DNA from: Carcharhinus longimanus
Taxonomy: Eukaryota
Assembly: GCA_030264375.1 (NCBI GenBank)
Contig: JASCQW010000190.1
Span: 61,227,369 to 61,291,368 of the forward strand
Length of the DNA stretch: 64,000 nt
Direction of reading: 5' to 3'
The translations under genes were made by a program, and so were the position numbers. Each line of letters begins with the position of its first letter. The stretch's first letter is position 1. The notes under the pieces were generated by a model, which ran no database searches, was not told the DNA's origin, and saw nothing but the letters and a program-made list of their open reading frames with translations. Shown here piece by piece: positions 36,985 to 49,199 of the stretch.

Positions 36985-39900
36985 CAAGGTAAATAGCGGA
37001 GGTCAACTGGATTTGTACCCTATTTCAAGAATAGATTATCTCTATGCTAAGTTAAAAGGGCGCCCCAAATCCAAAAAGCTGGATATCAGTCATGCTTACC
37101 AGCCGCTGGTAAGAAGACTTCAGAGAGTTAGTTACAATACGTATCAACAACTAGTTGTATCAAGACACCCGATTGCCATTAGTTGCTTCATCAGCCTATG
37201 CCATTTCTCAGTACACCGTGAAAACTTGCTAAAGTTGTCTTGTAGGGCGGCATAATGGCACAGTGCTTAGCACTGCTGCATCACATGGCCAGGAACCTGG
37301 GTTCAATTCCTGGCTGCACGATATCCCTGAGCCTGCATAGGTTTCTTCCGGGTGCTCTGATTTCCTCCCATTGTCCGAAAGACTTGCTGATTAGGTGCAG
37401 TAGCCACACTAAATTCTCCCTCACTGGGACTAATGGATTTTCACAGTAACTTCATTGCAGTGTTCGTATAAATATATTTGTGACACTAATTAAATAAACT
37501 TTAAACGATATCTTATTGAAAGGAATGCCACCCGAGTAATACCGTGCAAACCTGCTGCATGTCCTGAACAGTATTACATCAGCTGGCATATATTTAACAT
37601 AACTGACATCTACCATTTTAGCTGATTGGATTACCGACCTTGGTTTCAAAGTGGATGAATAAGGGTTGCATCCCCTCGGTTACAAGGTGAAAACTATTAA
37701 GGCAACACGTGCGTCGAAGAATGCGATAGAATTGATCTCCTTCCAGGAAATGCTCAATTCACATTGAAGGTCCCTGACAAATGTATTAATAACCATGGCC
37801 ACGCATACCAGGATTTAAAATAACCTCAACTCTAGAAGTAGGGAGGCACGCAGGCAAAAGGCTTCAACCCAAGTAAATCAGGCTTCGCAAGCAGCGACAT
37901 GCTCATTCACTTGTACCCGAGCAAACAATTAGTAGTAACGTGTGTCCGTCACTGTACGNNNNNNNNNNNNNNNNNNNNNNNNNNNNNNNNNNNNNNNNNN
38001 NNNNNNNNNNNNNNNNNNNNNNNNNNNNNNNNNNNNNNNNNNNNNNNNNNNNNNNNNNCACTGTACGGAAATGGCGAAGTGCTATTCCATAGAATTACGG
38101 TTGGGGCGGAGAGATCATATGTGTTTGCTTGGAGAAGGTCGTCAAATGCTGAGAAAAGCTGGTTACAATTCAACAGAAAAAGCCTAGTAGGCATTTATGA
38201 TTAGAAGGAATTTTAGCAGTGCATCTATGGGCCACACTCCTATCAGGGCAAAAGCCAATGCTGGGACTTTTCCTTGAGATGTGCCAATGCCTCTTATTAT
38301 CTCGGCTAAAGTGCAAAGAGGTGTCTTGCTGCTGACAGCAGACAACTGTGCATTCCTACATCGGGCGGGAATACAAATCCCTAATAAAGTTGAGCTTTGT
38401 CACCTCCCGCTGCCAGATGTCGCACGGCGACCACTTGTGCGAAAGAAGATAGTTTTGGCTTTCAGAATGTGGAGACGCTGCCTGTCTCAGCAACCCACAT
38501 TATGTAACGAACACAAACAAAACCATTGCTATTGCAGGTCAGAAAATGGTGCAGTTAGGTTGGCACTTCGACAAGGCAGAGCAAATGAAGACGTTTATAA
38601 TGCAGGAGTAACAACGCGCAAAGATGGGAGTGACGTTGGGGCGCGGGGTGGAGTGGGGGGGGGGAGATGTGGAGGGATTGGGGACATTCCTTTTCATCAC
38701 CCCAGGGGCGATGGCCAATGATCCATGCTGATGCATATCTTGGCCACACATGAGTGGAAATTTTGACAAGAAAATACATCTGGTGGCCTGACATGAAAGA
38801 TAAATTGAACATAATTGCGTTTTTTGGAAGCGTTTCAGACGAAACAAAGGCTCCAATATTGAAATTGAACCCTTGGAAATTATCATGTCGCCCGTGATTG
38901 ACCTTCATATAGATTTTCCTGCGCCCTTAATTTGGGATGGAGATGGGGCTGCTGTTGTCTGATATCGCACATAATTTCAACCTGTTCAGGGACTCCCGAC
39001 ACTGGCAAAACGATGCAACTCTGCCAGTGGCCCTTCAGCAGTCGAAGGTGCATGATCCGCAGAAGAAGCGAATGGATGAGGTAGCCCTCATACAGTGCCA
39101 CTGCAGGCCCCTCCATGAGACTCGTTCACAGAATTCGGAGATTCCCTTGGTCCAAATTTGGGCATCGAATGTCTGAAGTTCACAAGCTGGTGTGGTTGAA
39201 GCCGAAACTGGACCCACTTGCTTGCCTTCCGGAGCTGCACCCATCCTCTTACACAAATGACCGACATGTTTCTTCTCTCGATGGCTCTGTGCCTCTTGGA
39301 CATACGAAACCGGCCCTGACTTCTCTATGTCTCCTTGGCAAACAGGATATTTTCGCCACCAAATATTCTTTCCAAAACGAGTTTGGTAATGCTAAGTTCT
39401 GGCACATGTTCTTAATCCTTGTAGATGCCCACTCCAAGTGGCTGAAGTGTCAACTCATGGGATCCACCACCACTAAATCTATTGTTGTTAAACTGAGTTG
39501 AATCTTCATGGTCATCCTCTTACACACGTGGCCGACATGCTTCTTCACTCGAAGGTCCCGTGTCTCTAGGATGATAACGGAACATCGAACGGGATTTATG
39601 GCTGACAAATTTCCGACTTTCGTGAAGCATAATGACATCGGTTGTGTCAGGACGGTCCTCGACAATGCTGCCTGAAATAGGTTGGAGGAGACAGCCGTGG
39701 AGTTATTATTCGCTTCTATTAAGAAGGAGGGAGTTGCTATTTGGATCTTAGACTATTACTATTTGGATTTTCAAACATTGCTGCCCTGCAGCACTCTACT
39801 TCGTTTCCTACCTGGGGTCACGTTTGCACGATTGCTAATGGGTCAGTGCCTACATACTTGCTTAGACTTAATGTTCGTCAATTGTCGAGAAGGGAAGAGG

Positions 39901-40495
39901 TCAGCTAAGCCTCTCAGAAAGTCTATCATAACTCTCAGAAAGAGGACAGTCCTATAATGTTGATGATCTCGTTTTGTAAAGGTGTTTTGGTAGGGGAGCT
40001 TCCTGCGTGGCAAGAAGAGCCCTAGAGAAGAAAAGGCGATTTTGAATGTCCTAGACACACAGGGCCTTCGAGTGAAGAAGCATGTCGGCCACGTGTGTAA
40101 GAGGGTGAAGCATTGTTTCGATGCCTTCTCTATGAAAGGAATGTTTTGTCTGTATAGAACGCAGGAAACAGTACTTTTCACTGTATGTTAATACATGTGA
40201 CAATAATAAATCAAATCAAATCATTCGGGTCCAGTATCAGTTTCATCCAAACAAGCTTGTGAACTTGAGAGTTTCGATGCCCAGATTTGGACCAGGGGAC
40301 ATCTGAATTCTGTGCACCAGAGCCCAGAAGAGGCCAGCAACGGCCTAGCACCGGAGGCAGCTACTCCATTTTCTTCTTCTGTGGATCATATGCCTTCAAC
40401 TGCTGAAGCGCCGCTGACAGAGTTGCATCGTTCTTCCAGTGTCCGGAGTCTCTGAACAGACCGGCATTATGACTAGACCCAACCAGTGCCACCAG
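36985..40495 (+). mobile_element. Decayed, internally rearranged Ty3/gypsy pol
   Basis: RT-like YPISRIDYLYAKLKG...KLDISHAYQ, RNase H-like YPSKQLVVTC and integrase-like FLILVDAHSKWL, in RT-RH-INT order with many stops. Confidence 0.75.
37245..37500 (+). mobile_element. tRNA-derived SINE inserted in the gypsy RT
   Basis: gggcggcataatggcacagtgcttagcactgctgc...cctgggttcaattcc...aataaactt. Confidence 0.75.
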
Positions 40496-43400
40496 NNNNN
40501 NNNNNNNNNNNNNNNNNNNNNNNNNNNNNNNNNNNNNNNNNNNNNNNNNNNNNNNNNNNNNNNNNNNNNNNNNNNNNNNNNNNNNNNNNNNNNNNNNNNN
40601 NNNNNNNNNNNNNNNNNNNNNNNNNNNNNNNNNNNNNNNNNNNNNNNNNNNNNNNNNNNNNNNNNNNNNNNNNNNNNNNNNNNNNNNNNNNNNNNNNNNN
40701 NNNNNNNNNNNNNNNNNNNNNNNNNNNNNNNNNNNNNNNNNNNNNNNNNNNNNNNNNNNNNNNNNNNNNNNNNNNNNNNNNNNNNNNNNNNNNNNNNNNN
40801 NNNNNNNNNNNNNNNNNNNNNNNNNNNNNNNNNNNNNNNNNNNNNNNNNNNNNNNNNNNNNNNNNNNNNNNNNNNNNNNNNNNNNNNNNNNNNNNNNNNN
40901 NNNNNNNNNNNNNNNNNNNNNNNNNNNNNNNNNNNNNNNNNNNNNNNNNNNNNNNNNNNNNNNNNNNNNNNNNNNNNNNNNNNNNNNNNNNNNNNNNNNN
41001 NNNNNNNNNNNNNNNNNNNNNNNNNNNNNNNNNNNNNNNNNNNNNNNNNNNNNNNNNNNNNNNNNNNNNNNNNNNNNNNNNNNNNNNNNNNNNNNNNNNN
41101 NNNNNNNNNNNNGCGTGTATGCCCCTCGTTGGACACGAGGTGGACCGACTTAAAACCTGTGAATGAAAAGAGAAAAAACATTATTATCAAACTATACCCA
41201 TTTACATTACCAGGGACGCCCCAATGCTAATGACCCTTACTTAAAAGGTTCTCCTATATCCACCCATCTCCAACTCAGTCATGTGCCACACAACTAAACA
41301 GACTGCACTGTTACCCTGACTAATATCAGGTTGCTTGCGCAAAGTGCAGCCTTTCCAATTATATCTACACTCATATCATTGAATTGTGCAATCACCGGAT
41401 TAGATGTTCTCACTAAGCATAGAATGAACCATTGAATATGGACTTGCTTTTCATGTGGTGAACTCGAGAGAGGGAAAGCTATGGGGTCACCGGAGTGGGG
41501 TTATGGGCGGCAGTAGCAAAGACCTCAGTTTGACAGAAGACAAGGACAAATACTAAATGTACTGACGAGGAGAAGCATGAACCATTAGTGGGCAGACTGA
41601 AAGCAAGGCATATCAAGTATGAACAAATAAATGCAGAGCTCATTTGGAAGAATTAAAACGGCGTGAACTCAAGGTCAAGAAGGGCTCCAGAACCAATGTT
41701 GGAGTATCACTTTATGCAACCTTGGAACACTTATTTTCCTTTACAGTACTGCTGGCCAAATTCACTAGTAATGTTGCTAACACAACTGTGACAACATATA
41801 TAATGGTAATTTCCACGTTTACTTTGGAGCGCTTCAGTTACAGCTCAGATTACCTCCTACAGGCCGACATCTGATGGTTGCCATTCTGACTGGCAATTTG
41901 TATGTTCAGAGAACAGCTGCATCCCTTCAAACTCGGTGGCCAATGCCTTCCCGAGCCATTGTGCCTTCTTACCCAATTAATATTAACGTTTACTGCAATT
42001 ATTGCTGCAGTCAGTGAGGTTCCGCTGCGTAGGGCACATGAAAAAATGACATAAAATAATGTACAAACATAATTATTGAAACTTCGATGACCTGATAACT
42101 CAATTACACTTGGAAAGCTTACTTTGTGGTGCGTTTTATTTTTGCATTGTCGCCTGAGCGTTAATTTTAGGTGCGCGGCAGAGTATTGTCGACTGGTGAA
42201 CGGGGAATGGCTGTTATAATATCGACATTACAGGAGAATACGGTTAAATTGTAATCGCTGGATGAAAGAGGCGGCTCACTTTTTTGCCTGGCCATGATTT
42301 CTTCCCACAAAGGCCCAATCGTTCCACTGCGCCGTCCCATTCATTTTGTTTCACATAAGTATATAATGTGATCGTTGATTACAAGATATGCCTCTTCAGG
42401 TATTTTAAATTTTATATATCATGGTAGCTTAGCACGAAGGATGGCGAACAAGCATCAACAGGTTATTTATTTATAATGACAATTGAAAGAAGGGACATTG
42501 TTGCTCCAGGACAACAGTGATCTGACGTACGCCAATTGTTGCAGCAAAATAGCCTGCCTTTTCTAAATACTGCGTATGTTGAAAACTATGGTCATCAATA
42601 ATGCTGTCATTATATTATCCTTGTCGCCCAATATTCATGGAGTTGTGGTTGAAACATCCATGAGTCAGTAAAAATGTTCGTCATGAAATCGTCGCGATGT
42701 GTGCCAGAATGCCATTAACTGACCTGCTCATAAAATCCCGACGCTAACACACTATTTGGCGTTGAGTCAATCGTTCTGCTTTCTGCAAATGCAATAGCCT
42801 ACAACGGTTCTCTGCAATGCAATTGCCATTCAATAAATGGCGCACTTCATGGCGAAGGCAGTAATCTTGCAAGGCCTCTTTCCAACTCCCATCGCTTTTC
42901 TCTGGCAAGGTATAATGCATTCAATATATAGTTTGTGGGTCGAAACTTAGTGTACTCGCGTATGAAATATCATCGTGGCAATGCTGAAATGTTAATAAGG
43001 CCTTATAATCAAGCCTCAAAGGTGCCAAATTCATATCTGGAAATGTACAGAGGCAATTATTGCCTTGCGGAAAGATTGCACCTTTGACTGGAGCAGTTTG
43101 CGGATTTCAGTGATGGAACCTTTATTGTGGTTTGAGCATCTCTTACACATTTCCTCGATCAGGTACCATTGTGCGAATTGATCCCTTGGGACTGTCAAGA
43201 GTTCTGTCCTAATTTACCCAAACTTGAAAACCATCTTTCGGAGCTGCCTTTGATCATGCCCTGTTGCACGTTGTCTGACACACTTTGAAGCACGCCTGGG
43301 CGCAATGAAATTTTACAGCAGTCCTGTAATTTTCATCAAAAAATCACAAAACGTGCTGGAAAACCTGAAATATAGGAAGCACGTGGACATCCGCGGAGTT

Positions 43401-44255
43401 TCAAAACAAATGTAAATCAGGAATTAATCTATGAACATTGATTAGGGCGTCCAAATGGAGCTGCCAGCTGTCAAAAGTCTGCACTTCCGCAGATCAATTT
43501 GCCGACCGAAATACCGTTGGAACTCCCAAAATCGAGCGCTACAGAGCCCACATTCTCCCACAGCAAGTCTCATTATGGATTTTTCAAGCTGATTTGTTGA
43601 CGTGTTGTACTCGCGCAATTCACAACTCTTTAGAGGACAATCCATTTCAAATAATCTACTATAACATAAAATTCCAGCTGAAAAGCCGGAGGATACTGAG
43701 CGAACAACAATACTTACAATGCATGGCCAGAGACATTGTCTATCCTTAATTCATTGTCACAAATAAATTTTGAATGATATGTTTGCCCATTGCTTTTGTC
43801 CTTATCTCTCTTATCTGGACCCTTGCACTTTTCTATGCAAAACATGCTCTCCTCATTTCCTGTTCTACTCAATATTCCCTGTAGGGAACCGCCCCAGCCT
43901 ACTTAAGGCGATTTGTTTTTGTGTAGCGAGTAGTCTATGATCAATGGTTTTGCGGCCCCCTTACCCTCCTGTACATTTATCACATATTACTTTGTTATAA
44001 AACTTCCTTTTGTCTGTATAACGGAATTTGGTCCTGTGTTACTGCCATTTGAATCATGTTCGGGTCAGTAAATTATGCAACGGGCCAAACTCGCCCGCTC
44101 CCAAGTCGTGACTTCTTTCCAGTGAATAACCATGGGAAATTCAACTTTGCTGCCTTTTTTGGATGCAGAAATACATATTCTCGATCATAGCATACATTTA
44201 TTATGTCAAACAGCCTAATAATAGAAAGCTACAACTTGAAAACGCGCGTTACACT

Positions 44256-44581
44256 TGTTTTGCGCTGGTTATGCAACGGTCTCCGGGGCTATGTATGGAG
44301 TCCTGACTCATACCGTGTCATTGTTCCCTATTTCCTACATTAGGGTTCCTAAGCATGTTGTTGTGCTATTTGAAGTGACGTGCGGCCGTTACAGGTTTTG
44401 TCTCAATTTTTTACAATTTCAGGTACATCATGAAAAGAAGTTGAAAGGAAACCGTAGCGGAAAAGAAAACAATGGGCCTAAAGTCGTCATTATCTTTTAT
44501 CCGTTGATTTCCTTGAGTAATCCTCAGAGAAATTTGGAGAATTTCTATGCATAAAATGCAAAAAATCAGAAATTCACAACA
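44256..44581 (+). repeat. Copy 1 of a ~330-bp segment duplicated upstream of gene B; cut off by the N gap
   Basis: Colinear with 52108-52434 apart from scattered substitutions. Confidence 0.9.
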
Positions 44582-46109
44582 NNNNNNNNNNNNNNNNNNN
44601 NNNNNNNNNNNNNNNNNNNNNNNNNNNNNNNNNNNNNNNNNNNNNNNNNNNNNNNNNNNNNNNNNNNNNNNNNNNNNNNNNAACTGTGGACCTGCAATCA
44701 AAGGGTGGCGGGGGGGGGGGGGTGGGGAGGGAGTGGGGGCTGGTGCGTGGATGGACACACATTACCACTCACCACAGTGAACCCCGAGGGGTACACGGTC
44801 TGGGAAGATGTAGGAAGTGGGTTGCGTTCAATAGGGACGTCCATAGGTGACACAGACCCCGGATCACTGTGCCCAGCCGAGCCCCCAGCCGAGTCAGAGA
44901 GATCCGCATAACCAGGAAGCACCCGGGTGATGAGAAATCCGCACCACGATATGGCGGACTTTATCAGAGCAATGGAGAGGTTGCGCTGAATGAATGCTGG
45001 TTAAAAAATAGACGGCCCCCGAGAGAAAGCGATAGAAGCCCCTGGGGGCGCAGGAGTATAGTTCGAGTCCTGGGTTACTTGAAGGGACTCTAATGGTTAC
45101 AAAGAGAGGGAGACAGAGACAGAGAAAAAAACTGTAGACAAGCTGTGTGTTGAGACACTCAGTGCCCAATTTTACCATAAAGTTGTCCCCGTTTTCGGAC
45201 GTGAAAACTTTGTAAAGTCAGGCGTGAGGCGAGGAGCACGATTCATGCTCGCCTCCTCGTTGCCTTTACTGAGGCCTGGAAATGGATGCTATTGGGGCCG
45301 CAACACAAACGGGTGTGATGGTCATTTAAACGCATTTGAATGCATTTAAATTGAATTAATGGGCTACACGCCCAGATTTACCAGCACTTCACCCTTTACC
45401 ATCGCGTTCGCCAATCCGCATCGGCCCGAAGGAGACAAGCCCACTAAAGGTCCCATTCATGCGCACCACCAGTGAGGGTTAGTGAGGGGGTGATTGCATA
45501 GTGTCTGACGATTCTCTGCTGCTCACGGGTGTCCTTTCATTGCGGACATTTTCATTTCGGGTCGGTGGCTCTGCGAGTGCGCGGGAGGTGGAGGATTGTT
45601 ATTCAGCAGCGTCTCCGACGTCCGACTTGCAGGACTGACCTGGGCCTCAGCACTGATCTCGGGTCTTACGGTTCTGTTGGATCCTAGCTCTCAGCTTTCT
45701 TCCAGCTGAAGGATGTGCACAAAACCCTTGAAATTTCACTGCTGCTGCCTCTCAACTTGTCAAGGAGCTGTGATGGTGGAGAGCATGTGACTGGGAGAAT
45801 TGTGGGGGGCTGTGTATTTGGGGAGCATGTGGCAGGGGGAATTGCGTGGTCGACAACTGTGAGAGTATGCAGCTGGAGAAATTTTGGGCTGTGACTGCGG
45901 GGAGCATGTGCCTGGGGGAATTGGGGACGGGGGCTGTGATTGTAGTTACCTTTTGGCTGGGGGTATTGTGGGGGCTGTGATCTTTGGGAAGCGTATGGCG
46001 GAATTGGGAGTATGAAGCAAGCAGAATTCCTTCATCTCGACATGAGTTCCTCTACATTCCCCACTCTGCCCACTCACAACCCCCTCCCCTCCTCCCAACT
46101 TTCAGAATG

Positions 46110-47345
46110 ACCTGATGGCTTTTGAAATGCAACTGATAGATCTTGCTATTCTTTTGGTTGCTGCTGGGGCTGAGGAGGAGAAATTGGAGGAAGATTGCAG
46201 GTACAGGAGGCACAGGCCTCACCACTGGCAGGAGGTGGCGGCCATTCAACTGGGGGGGGAGGAGGGGTGGAGAGGGGCACAGGACAACGAAGGAACAGGG
46301 ACCCCGGCACTTCCTTGCACGAATGTCATTTGAACAAATGTTGCCGACGTCTCTGCTTCTGAAAGGAAACAGTGCAACATGTTTGCAACACGTTACAGGA
46401 CCTGGCACCTAAAGGCAGGAGAGTGCACCCACTCTTGGGGGCTGTAAAATTGGTGGCTGCTCTGATCTTTTATGCGACTAGCTCCTTCCAGACCTGAACA
46501 AGTATGCATGTGGCGTTTCCCAATCAGCTCTGCACACTTGTATCAAGCATCTCACAGATGCCCCTGTACGCTTGAGCTGGGCAGTACATCAAATTTAACC
46601 TGGACCAGGCGCAACAGGAAGTCTGGATTGCAGGGTTCGCAGCCCTTGAAATGATGCCTAATGTACAGTTGACCATTGGCTGTGTCCCGACTCCCTCAAA
46701 GCCTCCTGACAGAATCCACAAAAACCCTTCAACAAAAAGGGTTTCACACCCTGAATTTTCAACACAAGTGTGACCATACAAGAAATGTTATGTTTCTCTG
46801 CGCAAGACGGAGTTATTATGTGTGGCAGCTTCATTGCCAGGAGCTCAGATGTGCCCGAGACATTTGAGGAGGAACACAGGCTGCGCGGGTGGCTTGTGGG
46901 TGATTTGGGTTACCTGCTTCGGACATGGCTGATGATACCCATGCGGAGGCCTGTGACTGAGGCTGAGACCTGGTATAATAAGGCCTATGTAGCCATCTGT
47001 GCGATAGTGGAGAGCTGCATTGAACTCTGCAAAATGATCCCGGTGCCTTGATGACTCTGGTGGAGCCTTCCAATACAACCCCGTGATCTTGTCCCGCATA
47101 GTAGTCATGTCTGTGCCTTGCACAGTCTGGTTCTACAGAGAGGTGACATATGGGAGAAGGAGGAGGAGAATGTAAAAGTTTACCTGCTGGGCATTGCTAG
47201 GGAAGATGAACAGCAGAAAGGACAGGAAGAGGATGAGGAGGAATAGAGGAAGAGCACACTGAGGAACACTACCCAGGCACTGGAGGGCTGGCAGCTCAAA
47301 TGAAGCATGTGAGGGAGGCAAAAGAGGCCCTAATCACCAGACAGT
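46110..47345 (+). mobile_element. PIF/Harbinger (HARBI1-like) DDE transposase pseudogene
   Basis: KGFHTLNFQHKCDH...GWLVGDLGYLLRTWLMIP...AETWYNKAY...IVE and LQYNP match Harbinger transposase motifs; frameshifted. Confidence 0.8.
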
Positions 47346-47825
47346 TCAGTCGCTAGTGGCTTGTATATGTGGGTTGCATCCCCCCTCCCCTGAAAATTTC
47401 CTTCCATCTCCTGCGACATTGTCACACCAGAGTGGTCGGCCAGGGTACTCTGTGTGATTGATTTTTTTTTGGCAGGCAGGAGCGTGTTGATGACTCTTTA
47501 AGCACTATTATGATGATGCCATGGTGAAAATTAGTCTGACTCCTATCTGAGCTCTGCATTCGTGCTGGCTTCTAGGCTTATGCCTGTGTAATGGGTAAGG
47601 GATCTGAAATCCCCGTACAGGGCCCTGGGGTGGGTGGGGTAGTGGACAGTTTGGAATCACTCGTGGGGCCTGGGGAAATAATGGCTTCCTTTTCTCAGTA
47701 GCACAGCATTGAGGGGCCTCCCCAAATGACATTGACATGAAGCATCCCTCCCGCGATCATCAATGGAAAAGGATTTCTGTTGGAGAAAAATCTGAGGCAA
47801 ACTTGTTACTGGCGGCACAGTGAAA

Positions 47826-48160
47826 AGGGACAGCACAGTGGCAAAGTGGTTAGCACTGCTAACTCACAGCGCCAAGGACATGGGTTCGATTCCCAACTTG
47901 GGTCCCTGTCTGTGTGGAGTTTGCACATTCTCTGCATGTTTGCGTGGGTTTCCTCTGGCTGTTCCGGTTTCCCCGCACAGTCCAAAGATGTGCAGATTAG
48001 ATTGATTTGACATGCTAAATTAACCTTGAGTGTCCTGGGATATGAATGGTGAGAGCGAATAGTTGGATAACAAGGCGATGATAGGGCTGGGTGGGATTGT
48101 GGTTGGTGCAGACCTAAGGGGCCGAATGGCCTCCTTCATCACTGCACGGTTTCTATGAAA
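47826..48160 (+). mobile_element. tRNA-derived SINE
   Basis: gtggttagcactgct...catgggttcgattcc (A/B-box-like) through gggccgaatggcctcct...ctatga. Confidence 0.8.
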
Positions 48161-48269
48161 GGTGTTTAAATAAGATATTTTGACAGAAAAAAACTTGTGA
48201 ACAGAAAAGGTTAAGGTGCTTAAAGAACTTTCTAATTAGTACAGCCCTTCTCCCATGCAGTTCAGTGCA

Positions 48270-49172
48270 ACAGTGGCAGAGCAAAGTGTGCAGAGGACAC
48301 TGAACCTCTATAAAGGGATACAGATAGTCTAAGTGAATAGGCGAGGGTCTGGCAGATGGAATACAATGTTCAGAAATCTGAGGTCATCCATCTGGTAGGA
48401 ATAACAGCGAAATGGACTTATTTAAATTATAAAAAAAACATTGCAACATGCTGCTGTGCTGAGTGTCTTTGTGCAAGGATCACAAGGAGTGGGTTTTGTA
48501 GGTGCAATAGCTAATTAATAAGATAAAAGGAATTTTGTCCTTCATTGCTAGAGGGATGGAATTTAAAGACAGTGAGGTTATGTTGCAGCTGCATAAGGTG
48601 CTGGCGACGTCACACCTGGAGTGCTGTGAACAATTTTGATCTCCTTACTGGAGAAACGATATACTGGCACTAGAGGGAGTGCAGGGGATACTCATTAGGT
48701 TGATTCTGGATTTGAGAGGGTTGACTTATGAGGAGGGGCTGAGTAGACTGGGGCTATACTCATTGGAAATCAGAAGAATGAGGGGAGATCGTGTCGAACG
48801 TATAAGAATATGAAGGGAATAGATAAGATAGAAACAGGGGAGTTGTATCCACTGACGGGTGAAAAGAGAACTAGGGTGTGTGGTCTGAAAATAAGGGGAA
48901 GCAGATTTCGGGCAGAGTTGAGGAGGAACGTATTCACAGAAAGGATTGTGAATCTGTGGAATTCTCCACCCAGTCAAGCAGTTGAGGCTACTCCTTCGAA
49001 TATTTTTAAGGCAAGGATAGATACATTTTTGAACAGGAAAGGATTTAAGGGTTATGATAAGTGGGCGAGTACGTAGAGTTCAGTCCACGAAAACATCAGC
49101 CATGACTTAGCGAATGGCGGAGCAGGTTTGAGGGGCAAGATGGCTTACTCCTCCTCCTATTTCTCCTTATGT
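48270..49172 (+). mobile_element. CR1-type LINE 3' portion
   Basis: YEEGLSRLGLYSLE...MKGIDKIE...FRAELRRNVFTERIVNLWNSPP, then the 3' tail. Confidence 0.85.
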
Positions 49173-49199
49173 AACTACAACTAAAACGTCCATCAGAGG

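Noticed and set aside
40396-41230. ORFs of 226-264 aa
   Set aside because: Artefacts of translating through a long N gap.
41580-41874. ITIM-like IKYEQI and SLYATL as the tail of a third gene
   Set aside because: The motifs are in different frames, lack a polypyrimidine acceptor and do not align with the A or B tails.
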